Shown here in pieces: positions 42,981 to 54,814 of a stretch of DNA of 64,000 nucleotides. Origin of the DNA: Meyerozyma guilliermondii (Eukaryota). The position numbers and the translations under genes were made by a program. The notes below the pieces were generated by a model that did not search any database, was not told the DNA's origin, and saw only the letters and a program-made list of their open reading frames with translations. The stretch lies in the NCBI GenBank assembly GCA_051546255.1, contig CP128818.1, forward strand, positions 930,001 to 994,000. Direction: 5' to 3'. Numbering within the stretch: position 1 is the stretch's first letter; every line of letters starts with the position of its first letter.

Positions 42981-44363
42981 ATGTATCGCAGGAAAGGCGG
43001 AGAAAGCTTACCAGCACCCATTGGAGCCCCAGAATCCAGAAAATTCAAACCGTTCAGAATCGATAGCTCCAAGTACCAAAAAGCATTTACCTGGTCAGGC
43101 TCTTCAAAAATAAAATGGAGACTTCTTGTGCTCCTAATGGCCATCTGGGCCGTCACAATACATTACCATGAAAGGGTTCATGTTTATAATACTATCAAAA
43201 AGTGCCAATGGAACAAATGGGAGCAATGGCCAACCGGCTCACCTCCTCATAGAGCAGCATTGGTTGCTGATCCCCAGATAGTGGACGCGTATTCATACAC
43301 CAACGGGCGATTCATAACCTATTTTGTCAAAAAAATCAGCGACAATTACTTGTACAGAAATAACAAGTTTGTTCAAGCTTACCTCGACCCGGATACCACC
43401 ATCTTTCTTGGCGATTTGTTTGATGGTGGCCGTGAATGGAAAAACGACGTTTGGTTTGAGGAATACCAGCGGTTTAACAAGATATACCCCAAGAAACTCA
43501 ACCGCAGAACCGTCCAGTCGCTTCCTGGAAATCACGATATAGGCTTTGACACTATCCATAAAGACGTGGTGACTCGATTCTCCACGTTTTTCGGTGAGCC
43601 AAATGACTATATTGTCATAGGGAACCACTCCATAGTGATTTTGGACACCATATCCCTTTCTTCATCTGACGACTCAATAAATTTCGAGGCCACACAATTT
43701 TTGAATACTGTGAACTCGCAGTTGAATCCTCAGTTTCCTCGAATTCTTTTGACCCATGTTCCTCTCTACCGCAGAAACGAACAACAGTTGTGTGGTCCGT
43801 TGCGTGAATCCAAGAAACTCTTCCCTGTGCAAAAGGGAAAGCAATATCAGACAGTTATAGAGTACGATATTTCTCAAACTGTTCTTGAAGTCATTCATCC
43901 AGACATCGTTTTTGCAGGCGATGACCACGATTACTGTGACATAAGACAGCCATATACAGCTAATGGCGTAGAACGGGTTGCCCGCGAGATTGCAGTTAAA
44001 TCTGCGGCTATGACGTCAGGTATCAAATATCCTGCTATTCAGCTCCTTTCGCTTCATAATCCCTACGACCCTAATCCTCACCGGGAACCAAAAGAAACAT
44101 ACCAAACATCAATGTGCTACATGCCCAGCCCTTACTATGCAATTTACTCATATATTCTTTTGCTTCTTTTCACCATCGGTTACTTGGCGATAGTCTTCTT
44201 TCCCCTGGTCGGTAACCTCAATTTAAGATCGAATGTGCTTCCTCTGTACGCTTGGCTCCCTAAAAAAGATGACAACAGAAGCATGTCGCTGTTTCTACTC
44301 CACTTCGGATTGATATTTGTCATGATATATGCATTGTTCGCTACTTATTTTGCCGGCATCTAA
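42981..44363 (+). CDS. CDC1: Metallophosphoesterase, GPI remodelling
   Basis: ADPQIVD, FLGDLFDGG, PGNHDIG, LLTHVPL, GDDHDYC; TM segments. Confidence 0.9.
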   Translation: MYRRKGGESLPAPIGAPESRKFKPFRIDSSKYQKAFTWSGSSKIKWRLLVLLMAIWAVTIHYHERVHVYNTIKKCQWNKWEQWPTGSPPHRAALVADPQIVDAYSYTNGRFITYFVKKISDNYLYRNNKFVQAYLDPDTTIFLGDLFDGGREWKNDVWFEEYQRFNKIYPKKLNRRTVQSLPGNHDIGFDTIHKDVVTRFSTFFGEPNDYIVIGNHSIVILDTISLSSSDDSINFEATQFLNTVNSQLNPQFPRILLTHVPLYRRNEQQLCGPLRESKKLFPVQKGKQYQTVIEYDISQTVLEVIHPDIVFAGDDHDYCDIRQPYTANGVERVAREIAVKSAAMTSGIKYPAIQLLSLHNPYDPNPHREPKETYQTSMCYMPSPYYAIYSYILLLLFTIGYLAIVFFPLVGNLNLRSNVLPLYAWLPKKDDNRSMSLFLLHFGLIFVMIYALFATYFAGI

Positions 44364-44367
44364 GACA

Positions 44368-46794
44368 TTACTTGAAACTAAAAAACCGCTCGAGATAACT
44401 AGGGTTAAAGTCTGAACGTTTTGAAATGTACTGTCTGATAGTGTATGGTTTCAAGTTTGCAAGCTGTCCTTCGGTTACCAACGAATTGATCAAGTTTGGA
44501 TGGACTGTGAATAAGTTTGCAATCTCCTTCAAGAGCTGGAAGTTCTCCGATAGCTCAGGAATCTGCCAGTGGTCAATGACGGATTGATACGTAATGACAT
44601 CCTTTGTGAGAATTATACCACCGGTGGAATTCACAGAAAACTTTTTGTAATGTTCCAAAAGCTGATTGAGGACATTCAGGCCAATTTTGACCAAGACATT
44701 ATGCAAGTTGGTACTGTTCAAGTATTTCAGAAGCTCTTCATAGCAGTACGTTAAGAAAGCTGCAACTTCTTCACATGATTCAGTATCGTCTTCACTGATA
44801 TTGTCTCTGACAAAATCTCGTTTCTTTTGCTTTGCCAATGCGTTTGCAACTCGTTGGCAAATGAATTCTATAGTCTCATTAACAATAATGTTGATGGAAA
44901 TCTCACAACGAGAAATGTAGGTATTCGTAAGCCCTGTCATTCTGTTTTTGATATTGGGGACATTCACAGCACAAGGAAGAATGATTTTCTTGATGCAAGA
45001 TGATAATAAAAAGAGAAATTCACTTGTCAGGCCAACCGCAGCCAAAAATGAAAGGTTTGGAAAGTTTCCAGCTTTCAGGCTTGCACTTTCATGTTTCAAT
45101 GTGTCATACGCCACTTCGAGACCGGCTCCAATGTAGAGTTTACCAAAGTCAAATAAGAGAATCTCCAATATTTCGAGAGAATACTCTGGGGTTTTTTGCT
45201 GGGCAAGCTCCAAAATTCTGGCGATTGATTCTATAGCCGATTTTACGACAATTCCCACCTTCGCAACATCTAATTGTGCATCTTCGGAGTAGTCAGGTTC
45301 GTCGTTATCCACTGATTTTCGGGGTACCCTATCAGCTATATGAGTTTTCATGTAAGTAGTAAACTGGTTGATTCGCTTTTTCTCAAGAAAATGGAAACTG
45401 AACCGATTGTCTTGTGATTGAGTTTTGTTCTTTAACTCAAGATTGTCCAAATTTTCAAGTCTTGTGGTCAAATATTTGTTATTAAGGGCAGCTTCATGAT
45501 AAACGTTATAGCCATGGGCAAAATTGTAAACTGTTTCCTCTAAGGTTTTCTTCTCCCTGCTTAAGTAGGTATCGTCCGACAAGTACTCGATGAAAAGGTC
45601 AAAATTACTTTGATCTAAAATCAGTGCCAACTCGTTGTTTTTGTCGAGGTCGTTGGCGCTGAGAAACTCTTTAATGTCATTGGTGAAGTCGCTCACCAAT
45701 ACGTATAATGCATGCAAGATTCGAATGTGAGCTAACGTCAGGACAGACAAGGAGTATTGAAGCAGCGTGCCGATCCGGTTTTGGATTATCTGGGCGTAGA
45801 TACGCTGAAAGAGAATCTTGAGTACAGGTGTGGTATCTTCAAAGACCTCACGAATGATACGAGCTTGGCCCTTGATCGAGACTCGCAATGCTTCCAAGCT
45901 GGTTTTAGTGGCTTCATCTTGGACAGTATCACCATAATTCGGGTCTGAAAGCTTCGTCCAGAAAGCCTCGTCGTCCAAAAGTGGGTTTTCCTCGCTCAGA
46001 CCGTCGTCCAAAAGCACTTCATGTTCATTAACGAATACTTGGACCACGGTAGCTCCTCCATTGAACTGGAACAAAATGTTGGTAACCTCGCGCATTTTGG
46101 CGTAGTCATCATCCTTGGATGCGGTTCTGAAGCTCTCCAAGAGATCAAGCTCCATGGTCTCGGCAAATTTCTCGATAGTCTTGACACACTTTGCGGTTTT
46201 GGCAAACTCAGGTGCCTCTATTTTCTTGGCCAAAGTAAGCAAATTGTTCACTGTTTTCGCACACTTAACCCTGTCGTCGTAGTCGTTGCTCGTACGGAGG
46301 TATTCCAACGGATCATATTTGTCTTTGGTGTAGAATCCATGGTAGGCTCTGATGAGAAAAATAGTTTCTGTCGACCTATCACGCGAGTTGGTGATTTTGT
46401 TGAGCAGCTGGCCCAACGGGTCGATCTTCAGCGACACGCCACTAATCTTCACATCGAGCGAATCAAATTTCTTGGTGACCGAATCAACTTTGGACGAGAG
46501 TTCCAACACATTCTCGCTGTGTTTAAGCTCAAAATCGTCCACTTTTTTCTCAGCGTCTTCCCGACGGCGGTTTGCGTGCTTGCGGAGCTCGTCAAGCTCC
46601 TTTAATGTGCTTTCAAATGTTCTGATATAGGGTTTCGGATCGAGGTATTCGAGCTTGTTGACCTCAGCACCCTTCAAAATGTGGTCTTTGCTCAATTCTT
46701 CGACAAACTCAGGGATCGATAACCCTTCTAGGAAGTTGTCGAGGTTGAGAAGACGCCTTATATCGTCATCAAGCTCGTAGATGGAGAACGCCAT
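44368..46794 (-). CDS. SEC10: Exocyst subunit
   Basis: LDPKPYIRTFESTL; HYKKFSVNSTGGIILTKD; YISKRSDF. Confidence 0.93.
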   Translation of the reverse strand: MAFSIYELDDDIRRLLNLDNFLEGLSIPEFVEELSKDHILKGAEVNKLEYLDPKPYIRTFESTLKELDELRKHANRRREDAEKKVDDFELKHSENVLELSSKVDSVTKKFDSLDVKISGVSLKIDPLGQLLNKITNSRDRSTETIFLIRAYHGFYTKDKYDPLEYLRTSNDYDDRVKCAKTVNNLLTLAKKIEAPEFAKTAKCVKTIEKFAETMELDLLESFRTASKDDDYAKMREVTNILFQFNGGATVVQVFVNEHEVLLDDGLSEENPLLDDEAFWTKLSDPNYGDTVQDEATKTSLEALRVSIKGQARIIREVFEDTTPVLKILFQRIYAQIIQNRIGTLLQYSLSVLTLAHIRILHALYVLVSDFTNDIKEFLSANDLDKNNELALILDQSNFDLFIEYLSDDTYLSREKKTLEETVYNFAHGYNVYHEAALNNKYLTTRLENLDNLELKNKTQSQDNRFSFHFLEKKRINQFTTYMKTHIADRVPRKSVDNDEPDYSEDAQLDVAKVGIVVKSAIESIARILELAQQKTPEYSLEILEILLFDFGKLYIGAGLEVAYDTLKHESASLKAGNFPNLSFLAAVGLTSEFLFLLSSCIKKIILPCAVNVPNIKNRMTGLTNTYISRCEISINIIVNETIEFICQRVANALAKQKKRDFVRDNISEDDTESCEEVAAFLTYCYEELLKYLNSTNLHNVLVKIGLNVLNQLLEHYKKFSVNSTGGIILTKDVITYQSVIDHWQIPELSENFQLLKEIANLFTVHPNLINSLVTEGQLANLKPYTIRQYISKRSDFNPSYLERFFSFK

Positions 46795-47128
46795 AATGGG
46801 GTGGAAGGTGTTATGAAATCCAGGTAAGATGTGCAGGAATAATGAGAGTGAGCGGAGCGGAGCGTGTAAAGAGAAGAGAGTGAAGAGAAGAGATTTGAGA
46901 CAATCAGTAACTGGTTAATGATTTGTTTTGATCAGTTTATGTACATGGTTGTACTCGTCATAATAAACTGCTTACAGAACCATCTACAGAATTACTTTGA
47001 AAGACATGTATTAAGTACCAGATCAGTTACAACAACGCAATGACACAGCAATTTGTACCATCACCGTGCAATCATGTCGCTACAACAGTCCACTAGATCA
47101 CTACACCCAGAGATGAGCTGCAGCAAAC

Positions 47129-47614
<486 letters not shown>

Positions 47615-47693
47615 TTACCAAATGGTGGATGACAAAAAATTCGCAGGTTGGAGATGTAGAAAATTTTGGTGACACAAAAACGAGATGCAGGCC

Positions 47694-48017
47694 AGGGCTG
47701 GAGCCCTACGACACTCTAGAAATAGTAGGTAGAAGTAGGTAATTTCAAAGCAATGGAAACGATAATGAAGCCGAGTGTGGTTTTGGCCACTTCGATTGCT
47801 CCCCTGTAGGAATATATTGTTCTTCCAAAGGTTGTAATCAGTATATTAAGCTGTTGCATTTTTGCTCGTATTCAATACTTTTCTATTCTTACCAATTGAG
47901 GGTAAATTTCGTTATATCTAAATGAACACCACTATCCTGACTCATCTATATAGAAGACATTCCAAAAAATCTTCACTTGTCTTTAATTGTATCTGTCTTC
48001 GATCCAAGTCACGTGAC
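47694..48017. promoter_or_regulatory. CTG-clade ribosomal-protein promoter elements: Tbf1-type palindrome and Cbf1 site
   Basis: AGGGCTGGAGCCCT at 47694-47707; GTCACGTGAC at 48008-48017, upstream of RPS31. Confidence 0.65.
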
Positions 48018-48249
48018 CACATTTGCAGCCGTTCTGTGGCATACATTAAACTCACACTAAACTCATACAATGCTTGGCGATGCAGTGATAGCCAACAGGC
48101 GGCAGCTTTATGCACACAGTCTTATCAGCGATAAATCCTCTTTGTATCGCAAACGCAAATTCTTAGCGGTTTTAAGCAGCATTTGGCTCAAGTTGAAAAA
48201 GATGATATGCTGCAAATAATAGAAAAATGCCTTAAAATTCCAATTTCAG

Positions 48250-48962
48250 CTAGTCATCAAGATCCAAATCGGATTCCTCCGCGTCTGGAACGCCAATTCG
48301 TCCCGATTTATGATTTTTGCTCGTTCTTTGAAGAACTCCATGCTTGTACAATAATGCTTCTAACGATGCAACGCTAAAATCAGAGCCTCCTTCGTCCGCT
48401 AAACGCTCGAATCCCACTATACGAGTCACTTCCAAGCCATTTTTGTAGGCGACCACAAAAGGGAGCACTTTGACGTTCAATTTCTGAACGAGAAACTGTG
48501 CATCAACGGCTTTAATTGCAACAATTTGAAGAGTTAACTGCTTTTCTGCAAGGATCTGAGTTAGTAGAGGAGCAAGTGAGCCCATATATTGTGCTATGAA
48601 AAAATCATGTGGCAAGTACTTACATTAAGGCGCTCGTTCATGATGGTGCATTTTGGGAAATCTGGCTGGTAAAAGTGTACCAACACATCCTTGTTTTTGG
48701 TGACAATTTCCATAACTGCTTTTTCATCTGAAACAAAATTGACGGTTCCAAAACCTTGGCGTGACGCTGCTCGATCTATTTCCCGAAATTCACGCTTAAG
48801 TTGCAGCATGCGATCATCACGTATACGCGCCATTTCGTTGTCGTCAAGCAAATCGAGAAACTCTGCGTCGCTGTCATCTGACTCGCTTAAGCCATTGTGT
48901 TGATTTATTTTGGATTGCTGATACTTTTCCACCGCATCGTCGATACGGTCCTCTACACTCAT
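48250..48962 (-). CDS. PLP1: Phosducin-like/thioredoxin-fold protein; exons 48962-48624 and 48555-48250
   Basis: VLVHFY.PDF.KC.IMNERL|ILAEK, FLVQKLNVKVLP, IVGFE. 68-nt intron 48556-48623 (GTAAGT, TACTAAC, TCAG) joins two track ORFs. Confidence 0.88.
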
Positions 48963-49129
48963 GATATGCACAAAAGATCTGAAGTTTGCGTTAAACGTGC
49001 ATTTTGACGTCTGCATGCATACAGGTACATACTCCAGTGCATACAGTCCTTAGGATAAAGATACTCTTTAGTCGTTACTATATGCTATTCAATGCTGGTA
49101 TGATCTATACTGACGGCTCTGCCGCATGT

Positions 49130-49783
49130 CTATTTGGTTTCTTCCAGAAACAATTTCAACTTTCTCACCTCGTTCAACACCCCGCTGGTCTTCTCCCCAA
49201 CGTTATTGATATCCTTCATCAATGTTTGACTCACGTCAGAAACGAATACTTCAGACTCGTCCAATTTCTCCAGCAACAACTTGAGAACACTCTCGAACCC
49301 TGCTTTCCCTCGCTTGGCATTCTGTCCGAATCTTTCCACCGACCAATCTTCTATGCGTTCACATAATCGGCGGATCGATGCATATGCTGTGATCTCCGCA
49401 GCCTGGGTGAAGGTGGTTCGGCTGTCGGGACATTCGGGGTCGGGACGGTACGTTACAGTTTCATTAACCAATAATAAATGGCTCATCGTCATATTGTGGG
49501 ACTTCATCACCAACGTTTTGTTCTGCAAGTCCACTTCACTGACTTCCCGCACATACGACAAGTCCTGTCCACCAATTATGCATGAGAGCCATCTTGGAAT
49601 TGCCTGTTTGCAACCTATAAGTCGTTCTGTGCGTAAAATCTTCTTTTCGGTATCGATGGACCGGTCCAAAATGTCGACCGAAACCACGTGAGTCGAAAGC
49701 TCATTGGGGTACTTTTGCCAATTGGCCGCAGTCACCTGCTCCCACGAATAATCAAAATGATGGTTACTTTCGAAAAGTTTCAT
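49130..49783 (-). CDS. UPS2: PRELI/MSF1 mitochondrial lipid transfer protein
   Basis: MKLF...H.FDYSWEQVTAANWQKYPNELSTHV; TERLIGCKQAIP; RFGQNAKRGKAGF. Confidence 0.9.
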   Translation of the reverse strand: MKLFESNHHFDYSWEQVTAANWQKYPNELSTHVVSVDILDRSIDTEKKILRTERLIGCKQAIPRWLSCIIGGQDLSYVREVSEVDLQNKTLVMKSHNMTMSHLLLVNETVTYRPDPECPDSRTTFTQAAEITAYASIRRLCERIEDWSVERFGQNAKRGKAGFESVLKLLLEKLDESEVFVSDVSQTLMKDINNVGEKTSGVLNEVRKLKLFLEETK

Positions 49784-49906
49784 ATTGTACAGATTTTGCA
49801 CAGGCTCGCGGATATTATCCACTTTTATCTTTTTTCATATCTTGTGACTTTGAGTCGCACAAAAAAGAAACGCCCCGGGCTTATGGGATGACGTAAGCAG
49901 CCCGAT

Positions 49907-52057
49907 TCAGTCCGAGTCACTAAATGTTGTACGATACGTGGGCGAGCTGGGGGTGACCGAGCGCAGGGAACGCTTAGTGCGTATGGGAGACGAAGATCCG
50001 TCTTTTTCGGGCTCATAAAATGACTTGCGCTTGAATTGGGGCTCCTCTTCCTCGTCCGAACTCACCTCGGTATCAGACCCAGACACCGAAGATGTTTGGG
50101 TGGACAGGTCAGGGTCCTGGGAAGAATCGGGATCAACTGTGGCGGTGGCGAGTCGTGGCCGCTTTAGCCTGTATCTTGATGGCATAACCAATATTTCCGT
50201 GTTGTCGCGTAGGTACGACATGTAAAACTTGTGAAAGAGCTCGAGAGTATCCAGCGGCTGCTTGAGGTATTGGTCTTGCATATAGAGGAGCGGTTGCAAT
50301 CTGCGGCTGAGGAACCTAATAGCTTCGGCGTTTTTAAGTGTGGGTCTTTCAGGTTCAATTTGTAATGTGTTTTTATGCTCAATCTGTAGTTTCACCCTTT
50401 CGACGATTGCGGTCATTGAATAGTGCTTGTTAAACTTTATTTCATTATTCCCTTGGGCGAGATCTCGACCGATGATACTTTGTATAGTCTGTAATGGCGG
50501 TGGATATGAGTTTTTAGCTTGGAAAGCAGCAGCTATTTCTTCAACAAATCGTCGAAATATTTGCTGGTCCTTGCGAAGTATCAATACATTACGTTTTTGG
50601 GAGTAATAAATTTCCTCACTGAACTCAATAGGAATATTGTCTCGCATAAACGGACCCATTCGCAGATAGAAATCTGGAGGAAGATCCTCGCTGTCAGTGT
50701 ATTCGTCTGAGGAGTGTTCAATTGTCGGTTTTCCTTCCTCGAAGATACGACTCCCAACTACTCCAAGCTTAAAATGCACCAAGTAAGCGTAATCTTTTTT
50801 GATAAGACCCACTACTTCTTTATACGAGTAGCGGATACAACCGGTGATACCATGTCCATCCTCGAGGAGCTTGAGTTTTCCAAGTGCTTTCCTTTCACTT
50901 AGGAGTTTTCTGTAAAGATTTTGCTTGATATGTGTCTTTACTAGACGCTCGAAACCAATTGAGAGTGGAAGCCGGAGCAGTATACGGTGATGCAAAGACG
51001 CCGTCTTGTCGTATCTTGAAGACACAAATACAAGTTTAATGTTGGAAAATCGATTGAGCGTTGATTTTCCGAGCCCATAGTGGCACCAGTAAGTATCAAG
51101 CATCAATGCAATGGACTTTCCATTGACACGGAGCTGCGTATTCCACGCGGAAAGGTACTGGATAAAGATCTCGCGTGTGTTAAGGCCGTTTGGTTCATAG
51201 AAGTAGAACGGGTCCAACGGCGACTGATTGAATTCGTTGGTAGAATTGGGCGCATTTGAAAGAATTAACGGTTCAGGAAAGTCGTTGCCTGCCAAGTTTG
51301 CGGCTATACCAAGAGTAACCATCGTCACGTCTCTCGGAGACGCCTCAGGGTACTCGAGGTTTTCCAAGTATTTCATGTCGAAGTCTGTGAGGCTCAAAAC
51401 GCTGGAGACATCTATCAACATCTCGCTTAATTGATAGATAGAATCAAAATCGTAGCCACTAAGTGCACTCTGAAGGCGCTCTCTTTCCATACTTAAAGTC
51501 TTGCACCTGCTATTGTACAGGCGTTGTTGTCGTAAAGTGAACCGGAGAGGTTCCAATTTCGATTCGAGTGATTTGAAGAATGCCTTGGGCCACGATTTGT
51601 TATCTATCAAAAACCCTTTCAGCACCAGATCCAGTTCTCCGTACAAAATTTTGAACTCATTGAACTTCTCCAAGACTTCTCTATCGAGTGGAATCTCGTC
51701 ATCTCCATTGGCCAATAAGTTCTGGATATAGAATTGTTCCATGCACAGAAGAATGTGTTCGTTATCTTGTAAAAATTGCTTCACCAGCAGTAACTCTTTC
51801 CTGCCTCCACGAGGGCCTCTGCTACGTTTCTTGGTCCTTTCCGTGAGACAATGAGCCTCATACCTGATTTGCCGTTCTTGCTGGATCCATCGCGAGAGAG
51901 CCGATCTTGAAACAGGAATTCTGCCCTCTTCCAAAAAGTGTTTGCAAGTATCAGACTGCTTGTGGGCCGGATGTTTTGTGGTCTGGTAATCATGATAGTC
52001 GAGCACCTCCAATTTTTCCAATAGACTGGCCTGACGACCTGTATTGTCGTGGCTCAT
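49907..52057 (-). CDS. CENP-B/pogo (Tc5)-transposase-derived protein with degenerate DDE_1 domain
   Basis: N-terminal HTH (EKLEVLDY...VSRSALSRWI..E..IR); IYQLSE in place of I.N.DET; TMVTLGIAANLAG..F.EPLIL; REIFIQYLSAWNTQL; IALMLDTYWCH; NIKLVF; RLPLSIG in place of QPLD.G; acidic/Ser tail. No TIRs seen. Confidence 0.72.
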   Translation of the reverse strand: MSHDNTGRQASLLEKLEVLDYHDYQTTKHPAHKQSDTCKHFLEEGRIPVSRSALSRWIQQERQIRYEAHCLTERTKKRSRGPRGGRKELLLVKQFLQDNEHILLCMEQFYIQNLLANGDDEIPLDREVLEKFNEFKILYGELDLVLKGFLIDNKSWPKAFFKSLESKLEPLRFTLRQQRLYNSRCKTLSMERERLQSALSGYDFDSIYQLSEMLIDVSSVLSLTDFDMKYLENLEYPEASPRDVTMVTLGIAANLAGNDFPEPLILSNAPNSTNEFNQSPLDPFYFYEPNGLNTREIFIQYLSAWNTQLRVNGKSIALMLDTYWCHYGLGKSTLNRFSNIKLVFVSSRYDKTASLHHRILLRLPLSIGFERLVKTHIKQNLYRKLLSERKALGKLKLLEDGHGITGCIRYSYKEVVGLIKKDYAYLVHFKLGVVGSRIFEEGKPTIEHSSDEYTDSEDLPPDFYLRMGPFMRDNIPIEFSEEIYYSQKRNVLILRKDQQIFRRFVEEIAAAFQAKNSYPPPLQTIQSIIGRDLAQGNNEIKFNKHYSMTAIVERVKLQIEHKNTLQIEPERPTLKNAEAIRFLSRRLQPLLYMQDQYLKQPLDTLELFHKFYMSYLRDNTEILVMPSRYRLKRPRLATATVDPDSSQDPDLSTQTSSVSGSDTEVSSDEEEEPQFKRKSFYEPEKDGSSSPIRTKRSLRSVTPSSPTYRTTFSDSD

Positions 52058-52318
52058 ATCAGTTGTTTTGGTGCACTTTTTCGCAGCGAAAAGGCTCGGA
52101 AAGTGGGAGACACCCATGCACCAACTGCACCACAAACTAAAACTAAAACGTCACCGCACAATCGGCCCGAGATCGCAACGCAGGAACGCGCGTGAACGCT
52201 TGCCTAAACGGGACGTACAGCCCCATTGTACTCCGGTTTCCGGTTTCGCGGAGATTACTAGAATGCCGCAGGAGGCTGAGAATTGGACATAGAATATCTT
52301 ATTTCTTTTCAATGAGCC

Positions 52319-54685
52319 ATGTTGCAGGTCAGCAACCACATAAAAAAGTGTTTTCTTTTGCTAGGGCTTTTGAATGTGATTTACTTTACGGTATATCTTC
52401 TAAAATCGCAGACTGGTAGCTGGGACGGACTAATAAATACTGAGCCCGAAAACTTGAATGTTGATCTTGAACAACAAACAGATCCTCAACATGATGGCCA
52501 CGACTACGAGCAAGAGATACAGAAACTTCTAGATGAAGTTGCAGAGAATAAGGACAATAAGCATTGGCTCCATAATACCCAATTAATTCATACATCCATC
52601 GACATAAACCCGCAAGATTTCCTCAACGATACGACCAGTAAGTCTGCCTGGCGCAACAAAAACACCCTATTTTTCGACCCGCGGGTGACATTGGCATTAT
52701 ATCTCAATCATATTCGTCACCAATTTGAGCTCCCCGAATCGAACCAAAACCAGATTCTGGTTCCTTTTGCATGGTCAGATTGGATAGATTTGACCGGTTT
52801 GAACGCCGACTTGGAGAAACCATTGGACCAAAGAAACAATTGTAAATGGGTACGGGAGTTTTCCATCATCGAGAGTAGCGTACCTGATGAGGTGTTGCAG
52901 TGCTGCGATAACAAAGACATTACTCCAAGAATGCTAGAGCAGTTTGGGTTCCAGCGCCACGAGCAACTCCCTGGATTCATAACATACGGACACTCCGTGA
53001 AGAGAGCTTTCCAGAAAGTGCGTTTGGCCCAGGCCAAGTCGTATGCATTGACCCATATGCCCAACCCATATCTGATCTTGTTCTTGAACAAAGATGGGGG
53101 CACATACGAAGTACTGGTCGATGGAAACGAGGAAACGAACGGCAGAATTGTCAACACCGGTATGATGAACGAGTTCGTGCACCGAAATCTTCCGAAAGAC
53201 TCCAAGACTGTGCCCGATAAATGGACATTTGATCCAGTGACAGAATTCAAGGCATTGAAAAAGGCAGTAAAGCCTCATATCCTAGCTCCAGAAGACGATG
53301 TGCTAGGCATGTATAAGACTACTCACAAGAAGGGCACCTCGAAAGCACTCCCGCTTCCTGCCGAGGCCTTTGACTATACCGCAGCAAACCTTAGTCGTCA
53401 ACGCATTCTTTTACAGAGATTAGCAGGCCAGAAAGACCTCACGAAACGAGAATAGATCTACTTAGAATCGATTCAGGAAAGCATGAACCATCACACTTTC
53501 AACGAATGGCCGTATTTCCGCCAAGCAACTCTTGAATTTAGAAACGATCCCGGAAACAGAGACGGCGATAGAGGCTGGCATTATGACTGGAGATTTTTCA
53601 ACGGTGGATTGACATATCAGGAAGAAGGATGGACTCCACAGGAAAGAACCACCAGAACCACAATTATTCTTCACAGACTCTTGAGAAACTGGTTCCGGTT
53701 TGCACAAGAGAAGGGTATCGTGACCTGGATTATGCACGGTCCGTTACTTTCATGGTACTGGAACGGTTTCATGTTCCCGTTTGACAATGATATCGATATT
53801 CAAATGCCTGTTCTGGAACTCGTACGCTTGGGAGAGAAACATAACCAGACTCTAGTTATTGAAGATATCGAGGAAGGGTTTGGCAAGTACCTAATTGATG
53901 TGGGCACCTTCATACACAATAGAGACATTTCAAGGCGGGAGAACCACATCGATGCCCGCTTCATAGATGTTGACACTGGAATCTACATTGATATTACTGG
54001 CTTGAGTTCGAGCAAAGCTGAGGTTCCAGAGGAGTACTATCAATTAGGAACGTTTGAAAAAGATCTGAACGAGCTCATTTACAACGACAGACGCAAGCAT
54101 TTTTACACTTTAGACCAGTTGTCCCCACTCAGATTCACCCAAATGTCTGGGGTTCCTCTCTACGTTCCCAACCAAATTTCCGAGCGGTTGACTTTCGAGT
54201 ACATCAACGGTATGGTCAGTACCGAGTTCAAAGACTGGCATTTTGTGCCCAAACTCAATTTGTGGGTTTCTGCCGACGACGTCAAGGCTGCTTTCGATGC
54301 AAACGACTACAAAGTTGGCGGTAGTGTCGTGGCATTGCGTACTAGGCTCACCAATCTCGTTTTGGAAATGTCAGACGAAGAGGTGTATATGCTTTTGAAG
54401 CACAATGAAGCCATCTTGTCCGAGTACTATGCGACCAGGAACCTCACTTCGATGCACGCAGAGGAGAAGAAGTTCCTCTTTGAAGAAGCCGATCCAAACG
54501 AGCCTCGAAATTTCAAGAGGCCGTTGGCTGTAATTGACAAAACTATGAAAGAGGAAGAAAAGAAAAAATACATTGAATTTGTGAACAAAAATATGAAAAT
54601 GACGCTGCCTTTGCGGAAACCATTGTTTCAGTATGAACACGAAGAGCAGCCCCAGCACCACCACGAGTACATAGACAACAATTGA
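52319..54685 (+). pseudogene. Mnn4/LicD-family mannosylphosphorylation protein interrupted by one in-frame TAG (53453-53455)
   Basis: Two track ORFs in the same frame, separated only by TAG plus 9 sense codons (KRE*IYLESIQESM). N-terminal TM; FDPRVT, PFAWSDW, HYDWRFF, WIMHG.LLSWYWNG..FPFDNDIDIQMP, IDARFIDVDTGIYIDITGL. Confidence 0.75.
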
Positions 54686-54814
54686 TAGAATTAGTGATCC
54701 ATGATGTAGCGGGTGCAAAATGCAAGTCTAGAAATTTCGCACTGACAAATAATTTGGAAACTTCTCAGTTGTACTTCAAAGATTGTAAATTGGTAACAGT
54801 GACAAAATAGCATA

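Noticed and set aside
42836..43156. Apparent SAS4/CDC1 overlap (likewise LIP2/NVJ3 and COQ4/VPS64)
   Set aside because: Caused by upstream or non-ATG starts in the track; the plausible ATGs do not overlap.
49824..52318. Active DNA transposon
   Set aside because: No terminal inverted repeats or TA target duplication seen, and catalytic residues are degenerate.
53400..53482. Intron removing the MNN4-like stop codon
   Set aside because: No GTAAGT/GTATGT donor or CTAAC branch point nearby, and the frame is continuous.
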